This document shows positions 13,516 to 26,053 of a stretch of DNA of 64,000 nucleotides, piece by piece. Below the pieces are notes generated by a model, which saw only the letters and a program-made list of their open reading frames with translations, searched no databases and was not told the DNA's origin. Within the stretch, counting starts at the first letter, position 1, and every line of letters begins with the position of its first letter. Position numbers and translations under genes: made by a program. This DNA is from Dictyostelium discoideum. Lineage: Eukaryota. The stretch is taken from assembly GCA_000004695.1 (NCBI GenBank), contig CM000155.2, forward strand, positions 1,472,001-1,536,000, written 5' to 3'.

Positions 13516-13787
13516 TGATGACCAAGTTCAAAAAAAAAAAAAAAATGAAAATAAAAATAATTAGAAAAAAAAAAAAAAAAATATCTTCTGAACAAAGAAA
13601 ATGAATTAAATAAATGTTAATAAAGTTGTTTTTTTTTTTTTTTTTATTTTAAAAAAATTATTTTATATTTTTTTTATTTTTTTTATTTTTAAATTAATAA
13701 AGATGTTGTTTCTTGGTAATATTAACCTTTTTTAATTACCAAGATATTTATACCTTCAAAAAATCTCTTGAAAAAAATTAATTTTTC

Positions 13788-13833
<46 letters not shown>

Positions 13834-14292
13834 ACACATTCTGATAATATAAAAAATAAAAAAAGATAATTTAAAAATAAACTAAAGATTTTTATTTTTC
13901 AATTTAAATAATAAAAGAATAGACATAATAAATATGAAATACTAATAATAAAAATAATAAAATAATAATAAAAATAATTAAAATCAATAAAATGATATTT
14001 ATTTGTATTATAACCATTTTGAAATAGTCATCTATATAAAATAACATCTAATGTCCAAATTTATAATGATTTGAATTAATTTCGCTGCTATTTTTTTAGT
14101 TGTCATAATTTAATTTATTAAATTTAATATTCATTGAAATTTCAATAAAAAAGGAAATTCCCATTAATTATTTTTTTTATTTTCGAATTAAAATTCATTT
14201 TTTTTTTATTTTTTATTTTTTTTTTTATTTTATGTAAAAATAAATTAAAAAAAAAAAAAAAAAAAAATTAAAAAAAAAAAAAAAAAATACAA

Positions 14293-14547
14293 ATGATCAT
14301 CACCCTTCCAAAATTCATAAACAAAAACAAATTAAATTCAATTTGTAAAAATAATAATAAATTTTTAACCCAATATTTTTCAAATAATAAAAATAATATT
14401 AACAAATCCACTATTATTTATACAAATATAAATAATAATAATAATAATAATAATCATTTTCTAAATATAAATAATAAAAATAATATTAATAATTTTTTAA
14501 ATAATAATAATAATTTTAATTATAGTAAAAATTTTTTAACAACAACA

Positions 14548-14583
<36 letters not shown>

Positions 14584-16688
14584 TTAAAAATGGAAGAATT
14601 AATTAAATTAAATTTCCCAAAATCAGTTGAAGAATATAAAAAACAAAGTGAAGAATTAATGGAAACTTATGATAAAGGATTGAAAGAAATTATTGAAATT
14701 CCAAAGGAGAAGAGAACTTTTGCAAATACATTTGAAGCTACAGATAAATTGGATGTAAAATTTAGAAATATTGAATCAAGTTTAACATTTTTAGCCAATG
14801 CAAGTACTGATGAAAAGGTTAGAGATGTTGCTAATGAAGTTGAAGCAACCTTATCAAAATATTCTATTGCAACCTCAATGAGAGAGGATCTCTATCAAGC
14901 CTATGTCGATTGTTGTAAACAAAACAATGACTTTAAAGAAAGCGATCTTAGTAAGGAACAATTGAGATATGTTAGTAAGACATTGGAAGGTTTCGAAAAG
15001 AATGGTCTTCAATTACCAAAGGAGAAAAGAGAGAAACTTAAGGAAATCATGACTAAAATCTCTGACAATTCCATTAAATTCTCAAAGAATATAGCTGATG
15101 ATAAAACTAAATTATCATTCTCAATGGAGCAATTGAATGGTATTCCAAAGGAGACAATAGAGTCATTTGAAAAGGATGAGTCTAAACCAGGCAACTATTT
15201 CATCTCTTTAAAGTATCCAGATGTAATACCAACAATGAAATATTGTACAGTTGCAGAGACTAGAAAAGCCGTTGAATTCGCCAATGGTTCAAAATGCATC
15301 AAAGAGAATACCCCAATTCTAGAGGAGACATGTAAACTTCGTTTTGAAGCTGCTCAACTCTTGGGTTTCAAAGACTGGGCTTCCTATAAATCAAATTATC
15401 TCATGGTTAAGTCAAATGATAACATTCAATCCTTTGAAGAGAGAATGAGAAAGTTATTAACCCCACATGCTGTCACAGAGTATGACAGATTGAAACAACT
15501 CAAAAAGAAGATTTACCTCGAAAAAGGTGGCAACCCAGAAACCTATGACGATCATTACTACTCCTATGATAATGCTTTCTACAATAATGTTATGTTGGTC
15601 CAAGATTATCAAGTTGATAATAATTTAGTCAAAGAGTATTTCCCATTCGAAGTTGTCATTAAGGGTATTTTCAATTGTTATCAAGAACTCTTGAATGTTA
15701 AATTCACAGAGGTACCAGCCTACCAACCATGGCATGAAGAAGTTAAAATGTATTCATGTGTTGATACAGCAGATTCTAATAAATTGTTAGGTCATTTCTA
15801 TATTGATTTATTCCCACGTGAGGGTAAATATTCTCATGCTGCAGTATGGCCATTAATTCCTGGTTATGAAAGAGCCGATGGTGAAAAGCAATATCCAGTA
15901 GCTGCAATGCTTTGTAATTTCACTAAACCAACTCCAACCACTCCATCATTATTAACCCATGATGAGGTTGTCACTTTTTTCCATGAATTTGGTCATGTTA
16001 TGCATAATATGTCTACCAAAGTTCATTATTCAATGTTTAGTGGTACAAGTGTAGAAAGAGATTTTGTTGAATGTCCAAGTCAATTATTTGAATTTTGGTG
16101 TTGGAATAAAGATGTACTCGTCAATAAATTATCTGGTCACTATAAAGATCATTCAAAGAAATTACCAACTGATTTAGTTGAAAGAATGATTGCTGCAAAG
16201 AATTTAAATGTTGCCATCTTTTATCTTCGTCAAATTCAATTAGCTCTCTTTGATAATGCTATTCATAGTGGTAATCCTGCAAACTTTACCAATACTGCTG
16301 ATCTTTATCATCGTATTGCAACTGATGTAGCTCTTAATCCAAATCAAAAAGGTACTAATCCAGGTTGTTCATTTGGTCATTTATTAGGTAAGTTTTTTAT
16401 TTTTTATTTTTTTAAATAATAATAATAATAATAAACTAATTATTTTTTTATTTTAATATTATTAGGTGGTTATGATGCTCAATATTATTCATATCTTTAT
16501 TCTGAATGTTTCAGTGCTAGTATCTTTGAAATTTTCGATAAACATGGTGTTATGAATAAGGAATTAGGTGCTAGACTTCGTAATCAAGTTTTGGCTGTTG
16601 GTGGTTCACAACCAAGTAGTGAAACTATTGAAAACTTTTTAGGTAGCAAACCAAATGAAGCTGCTTTCTTAAAAACTATTGGTCTTTA
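14293..16688 (+). CDS. M3-family zinc metallopeptidase (thimet oligopeptidase/neurolysin-like), 2 exons (14293..16387, 16466..16688)
   Basis: HEXXH zinc site FFHEFGHVMHNM, plus downstream E within CPSQLFEFWCW. After the 78-bp intron the sequence continues GGYDAQYYSYLYSECFSASIF, the conserved M3 C-terminus. The N-terminus is Asn-rich. Confidence 0.85.
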
Positions 16689-17406
16689 AATAAACTGAAA
16701 ACTATTTTTTTTAGTAAAACAAAATAAAAAAAAGGTTAATATATATATATATTTAGAAATTTTATTGTTTTTATTTATTTTTCTCACTTAAAAAAAAATA
16801 CATATATATTAAAAATTAATGTGATAAAACATATCATTTTTATTAGTATTTGGTAATATTTATTTAACCAAATTAATATTTAAATACGTAATTAAAATTA
16901 TTATAACCGATGAGTGAACCAAAGAATGATTCATTGCCTTAGTTATGAAGAATCTTCATTGATTGATTGGATAATATCGAACCATCTAACATTCCAAGAA
17001 TTACAAAAAAAACGAAAAAATCAAGAAACGTAAAAATAAATAAATTAAAAGAAATAAAAGAATAAATAAAAAAAAAGAAATAAAAGAAAAAAACTACTTT
17101 ATCGTTTCTTTAATTTTAAAGAAAATTTAATTATTAATTTTTAAATTAAATCAAATTTGATAGGTTTTCTTTTTAAACTTTAAAACCATCAATTATATAA
17201 TCTAATACAAAAAATATGCATTAATTAATAACAATAATTCATCACCAACAAATATTAATTTATTTTTTTTTAACTTTATTAAATCAATTTATCTTTTTTT
17301 TTTTTTTAAATTAACTAAAGTGTTATTTTAAAATTTTAATTTTAAAAGTAATTTATTTACAAATAATAATTAATTTTTTTTTTTTTAAAAAAAAAAAAGA
17401 AAATAA

Positions 17407-18889
17407 TTAAATTGAATAACCAAAAGAATCAGTTAAAGAGTTAATAAAATAAGTATAAAATGGAATTAAAGATTTTATGTACTTATAAGAACCGAGGAAT
17501 CTATCAACTAAAAGGTTACATGCATTATTATCATGAACAATTTCTTTTGCGTCATTACTATCATTACCAGCTTCTAAAATTCTTTGATGCATTAAAGATT
17601 CATATTTATTTAATCTTTTATGTAGATTAAATTCTTTTTCTTCATTATCAACTTCAAATAAACAATCAATTAAATCACAAGAATCAGCCATACCTTCATT
17701 AATTCCTTTACCAGCATATGGAACAATAGTATGAGCACTATCACCAATTACTATACATATTTTAAATTATAAAAAATAAAAAAAAAAAAAAAAAAATATT
17801 TTTTTTATCAATATTATTATTATTTTTTAGTTCAAATATAAAAAATAATAAACAAAACTCTTACATGTAATATTTGATTTAGATTTCCATTCAATCATTG
17901 GTTCAAATGGTATTGAATATAAAGGTCTTGTAATAAAAGGTTCAACTGCATTATCTAATAAATTTTTATAAATATCACTCCAATCACTTAATACATTATT
18001 TTTAATAAATTCTTTAATTTCTTTAAATTCTTTTTTTTTAAAATCAAATCCAGATTCTTTAATCCAATTTTCTTTTTTTTTTTTTTTTTTTTTAAAAAAA
18101 AATAAAAATAAAAACATTAATATTATAATTATTATAATTATTTATTAAAATAATAAAATAAACCTTACCATCTCTTTTACATGATAAATAAATAATTAAA
18201 TTACCATCACCTTTTAATTGAACTATAAAACCTTTTTCATCACTTAAAGCATAAAATAAACCATTATCAACTAAATCATAAATTTCTGGGCAAACTTGTT
18301 TTGGATTTTCAATTTCGAATTCAATTAAAGTAATACCAGAATATTTGAGAGAGATATCATTTACATATGGACGAATTTTAGAATTTGCACCATCTGCACC
18401 AATTACTAAATCAGCTTTTATTGATGTACCGTTTTTAAATGTAACAATTGTTGTACCATCCAATGGTTGTTCCTCCAATGAAATGAAATGATGATTCCAA
18501 AGAATTGTATCTGGTAATAAAGAATCAATTAAAAGTCTACGTAAATCACCACGATCAATTTCAGGTTTCTTTGAATTAATTTTTAAATGTGGTTTTCTTA
18601 GAATTACTTTCCCATCCTTATTTGCAATCGTAATTGATTCACCCTCTGGTCTACAAATATTTTTGAAATCTTCAAATAAATTAGCTCTCTTTATGAATCT
18701 TAAACCAGTACTTTCATGTAAATCCAAACTTGATCCACCAATTCTAGTATTTCTATCAACATCTCTTTCCACAACAATTACATTCTTACAACCTTTTTCT
18801 TGTTGTAATAATCTTGCTAATGAAAGTCCTGCTGGTCCTGCACCAATAATTAAAATATTTAAATCTTTAATTTTTTCATTAATCGACAT
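17407..18889 (-). CDS. FAD-dependent monooxygenase (salicylate hydroxylase/aromatic-ring hydroxylase-like), 3 exons (18889..18169, 18071..17874, 17750..17407)
   Basis: N-terminal Rossmann dinucleotide motif ILIIGAGPAGLSLARLL. GADGANSKIR is the DG motif. The third exon has IGDSAHTIVPYAGKGINEGMAD, the GD motif of flavoprotein hydroxylases. Donors are GTAAGG and GTAAGA. Confidence 0.75.
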
Positions 18890-19264
18890 TTTTTATTTTT
18901 AATAATATGAATTTAGTTTCCTCTAAAAATAAATAAAAATAAATATTTAAACCACATTTATAAAATTTAAAAAAAAAAAAAAAAAAATTTGTTTTTTTTT
19001 TTTTGTAAAAGTTAACAGAAAAAAGTTCAAGTATGAAAATCAAATTTATTGCATCATATGTATGTTTTCCATTTTTGGTTTTAAGCACCTGGTATCATCA
19101 TGTTTCTATAAGCAAACAAAAAAAAAAAAAAAACAAATTGAGAAAAAGAAAAGAAAATAAAAAAATTTTCATATGAAAAAAAAAAAAAAACTGTTTCCAG
19201 TTGCTTAAAGCAAAGTAGTTTTTTTTTTTCAATTTTTTTTTTTATTTTTATTTTTATTTTATTT

Positions 19265-19330
19265 TTATTTATCAGATTTTGAATTATCATCTTGATTAGT
19301 AGTAGTACTATTACTATTTGTATTAGTATT

Positions 19331-19390
<60 letters not shown>

Positions 19391-21581
19391 TTCTTGTTTA
19401 ATATTTAAAGATAAAGGTGGTGGAATATAAGGTTTAGTTTTCATTAAATGAACAATAGCACCAGGACTACTTAATGATGGAGTACCAGAACTAGAAGGAG
19501 TACCATTATTAGGAGTTGAACCAACTGAAGAATTTCTTAATTTATTAGCACCATTTAATTTTAGTTGAGCTTTTTTCAATTTATAATCATTGCCAGTTGT
19601 AATTTCTGATGGTAATTTATCCAATAAGAAATTAATATTTAAATTTTTAAAGTTTGGTAAAGTTTGAAGTGATTTTAAGATTAAATGTAATTCCTCAATG
19701 AGGGTTTCATTTCTAAAGCAAACACGAATATCACTAATGTTTGTCTTTTTGATATCATTACCACCAGAGTTTGCATAGTCTGGACCTAACCAATGAGATT
19801 TTACATTATGTTCGAAACCACTTTGAAGTACTGAGTTTCTAGCGATTTCACAAATATCGCAAACTGATAATCTCCAAACTTGAGTTGCAATACTGTATTC
19901 CTCCATTAAAGGTTCTTTAGTGTAATGGAATTGAAGTGGATCATCGGTAGAGATTGAAACATTTAAACCACGAGCAAAGAAAGCTGGGAAAGGATTACGA
20001 TTATAGGTTAGGAAGAGGGAATTATTTGAGAGGGGTGACATTGCAATACCGATTTGAGTTAGATAGTAGAGATATTGTAATACTGGTGTCTTACGAAGAT
20101 TAATACCATGATTGATGCCATGAGCCAAATAGAAAGCGGCACCCATGTGATCGACCTCACCAGCTTCACCACTATGTGGTCTAAGTGTGAGAATATTCAA
20201 TCCCTTCTCCTCTCTAAATTGATTCAAAGTGTAAAGATTTGCATAGAGATAGTAGAGATAATAGGTGTATGGTGGATTATGCTCTGATGACCATTCGCCA
20301 GGTACAGGGAATTTCTCGGTGAACTTCTTTTCAAACTTTGATTCATCATCGACACAATCTATACCAACCACTTGTTGAAGGAATAAATGTAACTTTGGAT
20401 GAGATGATGGATCTTTGGTAACTTCGAATAATGGATGGAAAACGTTATTTAAAAAGTCTTGGAAAGTTGTTGTGGAGGTCTCTCTATAGACATCATATAA
20501 TCTTGGTACTTGAATTAACCAACGAACTTTGGTTGAGAATAAATCATTATCAACGATCCATGATGCTAATGTATCCCATTCACTCATCTTTCTACCATAG
20601 ATTGATAAACGATATTCAGCACATTGATATTTCGATGACTCTAAATCTGTAAATACCTCTTTACTAATCTCTGCTAAATATTTACCCTTTATTAAATTAT
20701 CTGTCTTTAAAAAGATTTCTCTTAATCTACTCTGTCCGCATGGATTATATTTTAAATTAAATTTATCAAATCTATGGAATGTATTATTATCGGCCTATAA
20801 AAAAAAAAAAAAAAAAAATATTAATATATTATTATTAATATTATTATTATTATAAATTATTATTAATTATATACATTACATGAACATCTAAAGTATCAAC
20901 ACTTAATTCATCAACATCTAAATTTAAACTTTTAAAAACTTCAGCTAAAGTTAAATATTTATCATCACGGAAAATTACAATTTCATTTGGATTCTCTTTT
21001 AACTTTCTTTTGATGAATTTTAATAGATGTTTTTGGTTCATAGAGGAGGAGTGATGAACGTGAGTATCAACCTTTCTAACATTATAGAAATCTCTATGGG
21101 GTGCAGTTTTTTGTTGAAATAATTCCAAAGAGTCATTTAAGAGTGTATGCATATTGAATTTGGATTCCAACAATTGTAATCTCTTAAAAGTGAATGTCTT
21201 GGCTGGACCATAACTACTTAACATCATCAAATTGTTAATGTCCTTATAATAGGATGCCAATGTATGTGGTACACTAAAGAGTGCTTTATTGGATTTCATA
21301 TCGGTTTCATTGGAATACACGAAATAAACACCATTAACCTCTTTAAACATATGCTCTGTGGCACAATTGGTACTTTCATCGGATTCGAATGGTGAATAGG
21401 GTGGCTTTTCTCCGACTGGTGCATCGGCTTTCCAAATCTTTGGATGGAAAACATATTTTTCCCTAAGATTAATTGCATCTAATAATTGTTCTGCTACTTC
21501 TGCATACTCTTCAATCTCACTTTCACTCTCATTTGTTAAAATAATTCTTTGAAAGAGTTGAGTTTGATCTTTTCTTGCCAT
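19265..21581 (-). CDS. amdA: AMP deaminase, at least 2 exons (21581..20880, 20794..19265); a further 5' exon is possible
   Basis: Conserved AMPD catalytic core: SLPHM-type region, [36 protein letters not shown] and STDDPLQFH. The Asn-rich C-tail is encoded by (AAT)n. The intron donor is GTAATG and the acceptor ATAG. Symbol is from memory of the Dictyostelium AMP deaminase gene. Confidence 0.88.
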
Positions 21582-21730
21582 ATTAAATGTAAATGAATTA
21601 ATTTTATCCTTTATTATTATTATTATTATTATTTTATTATCATTTATTTTATTAATTATTATTATTCAAATAAAAAAAAATAAAAAAAAATAAAAGAATT
21701 TTTTAATTTTAATATTAAATTATAAGTTTT

Positions 21731-21772
<42 letters not shown>

Positions 21773-22396
21773 TTATTTTTTTTTTTTTTAATTTTATTAT
21801 TAAATATTTTTTTTTTAAAAAAAAAAAAAAAAAGAAAGAAAGTTTAAAATAATAATGTTAATTAATTGAACTAAACATATCAAATGTTTTTTTTTTTTTT
21901 TTCACAAAAAATTAAAACTTACATCTTCCATATAATTTCTATAAGTAAAGTGTGAGGCATCACTGCCTCCTTCTTGATCAAGTTCAGATTCATAAAATGA
22001 AACTTGAGGAGATGATCCTCTTAAAGGTGTTGACATTATGTTGTTGTTGTTGTTGTATTATTATAAAATAAATAAAAAAATTTTTTTTTTTTTTTTAAAA
22101 GAAAATGTGGAAAAAAAATTTGATTTTTTTTTTTTTTTTTTTTAATTTTTTTTTTTTTTTTTTTAATTAAAGATATTTATTTTTAATTTTATTTTTATTT
22201 TTTGTAATTGTGATATTTTTATATTGAATTGGGTGTATACAAAATTGAAAAATTATTTAAAATATGAAAATTTACAAATATAGTTATTTATTTATTTATT
22301 TATTTTTATTTTTATTTTTATTTTTTGTTTTGTTGGTAAGTTGGTTTTTGATTGAAATGAAAAAAAAAAAAAAAAAATCATTTAAAAATGAATTTG

Positions 22397-22452
<56 letters not shown>

Positions 22453-23541
22453 AAAAAAAAAAAAAAAAAAGAAAAAAAATAAAAAATACACATTTTTTGA
22501 CCATTCATAATTCAAAGAATATTATTTTTTTTGTAAAATGATCACGAAGCTTTTAATTGCTATTTAAAATATTTCATTTTATTTATTTATTTATTAAAAA
22601 TAATTACTTTAAATATCATTATTATAAGAATTACCAATTATAGAAACATAACTTTCACATTAAATATAACTATCATCTGAAATTTTAATAAATTAGCAAA
22701 AATTTCAAATAAATTAATGATCTTGATGTTTTTGTATTAATGAATCTATTTTTAGTTCAAATCAACTTATTAAATAAAATTTTTTTTTTAATTTTAATTA
22801 TTCTGTAAATGGATATTAATTTAATTAGTTTAATCTTTTTTTTTTTTTTATAAAACTATTTTTATTAAAACAACTTTTTTATTTAAAAATTTAATTAAAA
22901 AACTCTTTAAAAAAATTATTCTGTAAATGGATATTAATTTTAATTAAATTAAAATTAGGTTTGAATTAGGCACTTTTTGACAATAACCAACTTTAGAATC
23001 TCCTTCAAATAATTTAAGTTCAAATTCATTAAATAAAAATAATAAAAATAATAATAATAATTAATTTTTACATTTGATGTTTTTTTTTGTATTCAATGAA
23101 GATTTTTGTGTTACCTGAAAAACAATTAGTTTTTAACAAAGCCATCATTATTAAATATTAAAAAAATAATATCAGATGTTAAAATTTTTTTTTTTTTTTC
23201 TTATTTATTTGAAAAGCTAACAGATAGTTCTAAAGATTTAATAAAAAATAAAATTTTAAAAAAAAATTAATATTTTTAGATTTTTTAAATATCTCTTTGA
23301 ATTTTTTTTTTTTTTTTTTTTTTTTTTTGATATGGAATGTGAAACAACGAAAAAAAATCTTTTTTTTTTTTTTTTTTTTTTAATTTGTTTTTTTTTTATT
23401 TTAGACAAAAATCTTTGCAAGGGTATTGCGTAAAAAAAAAACTCTTTTTTTTAAAAAAAAGTTTTCATAAAATTTTGATTTTTTTTTTCTTTTCACAAAA
23501 ATAATAATAACCCATTTTAATAAACTCTTTTTTTTTAAATT

Positions 23542-23561
23542 TTATTTATTTATTTATTAAT

Positions 23562-23624
<63 letters not shown>

Positions 23625-23628
23625 TTTT
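23542..23628. repeat. (ATTT)n microsatellite, about 20 units
   Basis: Visible tttatttattt run. Confidence 0.9.
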
Positions 23629-23666
23629 CTTTTTTCTCTCTTGTAATATATATATTTATTTATAAC

Positions 23667-23721
<55 letters not shown>

Positions 23722-23746
23722 GTAAATATTACCATAATTTTCCAAC

Positions 23747-23782
<36 letters not shown>

Positions 23783-23893
23783 GATTCAACTTCAGTAAAA
23801 GAAACAGATGTTGCTTTATATACAAAGCCTCAAAGAAAACAAAGTATTAGAGAGAGATATACATCAAAATTTTCAAATGTTGAACAAAATTTA

Positions 23894-24079
23894 TTGAAAA
23901 CTGATGATGATGATGATGATGATAATAATAATATTAATATTAATAATAATAATGCAACAATTACAACAACATCAACCACCACCACCACCACCACAACTAG
24001 CACAACAAAAACCTTTACTATTTCAACTGATAATTATGATGAAGATGTGAATGATGATCAAGATGAAGGTGATAGTGGT

Positions 24080-24177
<98 letters not shown>

Positions 24178-24322
24178 AATTAAGAATAAATTAAATCAAC
24201 TTGAGACCAGTAGTGATCTAGATTTTAACAATCAAAATAATAATAATGAAGATGAAGATGATGAATTCTTATCAAAGGATGATAACATAGAAGAAATACA
24301 AAGAAATCAAAAAGGTAATTAA
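23894..24322 (+). CDS. Hypothetical Asp/Asn/Thr-rich low-complexity ORF, possibly one exon of a larger gene; it starts at a TTG in the ORF track
   Basis: ORF of 142 aa, dominated by (GAT)n, (ACA/ACC)n and (AAT)n-encoded runs. It ends at ...AAAG|GTAATT, which could be a stop or a splice donor. No domain was recognised. Confidence 0.2.
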
Positions 24323-24794
24323 AGATTATTAATTTTTTTATTTATTTTTATTTTTATTATTGTTTTTTTTGGATAATAAATATATCATTTTTCCACAACA
24401 CCCACACATATTTACATATCGCGCACACGAAATACTCAAAAAAAAAAAAAAAAACAAAAATAAAAATAAAAAAATAAATTTTAAAAAAAAAAACAAAAAA
24501 AAAAAACAGAAAAGGGGGAAATTATGGAGAGGGAAGGGTTTTAATAATAAAAAAAAAAAGAAAAAAAAAAATCAACGATTGTATTGGGTTTTTTAAAACA
24601 TATATTTTTCTTTTTAAAAATTTTTAATTATTATTATTATATTGTTTATTATTATTATTGTTTTGATTAAAATTTTAATATTATTTGTTTTTTTTAATTT
24701 TTTATTTAATCCCTTTATTTCTGTTTCATTTTTTTTTTTTTGTTTTTTTTTTTTTTTTTTTTTTTTTTAATCCATTTATTTCTATTTTATATTA

Positions 24795-24865
<71 letters not shown>

Positions 24866-24872
24866 CTGTTTT
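24795..24872. repeat. (ATT)n microsatellite
   Basis: Visible run upstream of the kinase gene. Confidence 0.9.
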
Positions 24873-24905
24873 TTTATAAACCACGTCATAATATTTAAAA
24901 ATACT

Positions 24906-24950
<45 letters not shown>

Positions 24951-24953
<3 letters not shown>

Positions 24954-26022
24954 AAATCATTTTTAAATAAAAATAAAAATTCAAAAAAAATAATAATATT
25001 AGATGATAATGATTTTTCAAAATATCAACAAAGATATGATTTACAAAATCAAAATATTGAAATAGTTAGTAGTCCACTCCAAAATATAAGATCACAACAA
25101 ATTAATGATGGAGTACAAATGTCAGGATCTATTCAATCTGATTTATCAAGTTCAGATAATTTCACAAGCAGTGGTGGATTTGGAGGTGGTGGTAATAGTA
25201 GCTCAAATACAAGTAATAGAAATAGTGACAATAGTACACAACGTCCATTAATGGTTGATATTGGACTAGAATATAAATATAGATTGGCATTGGAACAGAA
25301 TCCAAATGATTTTAAAGCATTAGTTAAATGGGGTAGTTTAATATATAAGAATATTAAAAATCAAATGGGTGGTAAACATGTTGATGTTTGTCTAATGGAT
25401 TGGAATGAAGAGTTAATACCAATACCACAAAATAATAATAATCATCATAATCATAATCATCATAATAATCATACAAGTGGTAATTTCACAGGAAACATTA
25501 ATAGTAATACAACATTAAGTAATTCATTCTTTGAAACTTTAAATTCATTTAACCTAAGAGAGCCATTATTTGATGTTTGTGGAAAATATCAATCATCATT
25601 ACAATTATCTGGCGGTAGTAATTTATTAAATATTCCTTTCTCAACTTTATTAAATTATAATCTTAATGAACAATTAAATATTTTAGTTAATAATTTAAAT
25701 AATTCATCACCATCATCATCATCATCATCAATAAAAACTAAAAATACTACATCCACAACTACAACTACAACAACTACAAAAAATTTAAATGATATTTCAA
25801 ATAATATAAATAATAGTAGAGTATTAAGATCAGTATCATTACCACCTGCACCACCTCCACCACCAACAGAAGATCCAAATTCACCATGGTCAGATCCAAT
25901 ATTATGGATGAAATGGGGTGATTGTTTATTTCTTTTATGTACATATTTAGAATTACCAATGTATAGAGCAACTTGTGAAAAATATTTTAAATGTATACAG
26001 ATTTTATTTAAACAACAAGAGA

Positions 26023-26053
<31 letters not shown>

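Noticed and set aside
22264-22508. poly-Lys and poly-Phe ORFs
   Set aside because: They are translations of an A/T homopolymer tract. The same applies to 10141..10365, 10774..11151, 13184..13385, 23622..23825, 24360..24879, 29506..29736, 32897..33100 and 41663..41881.
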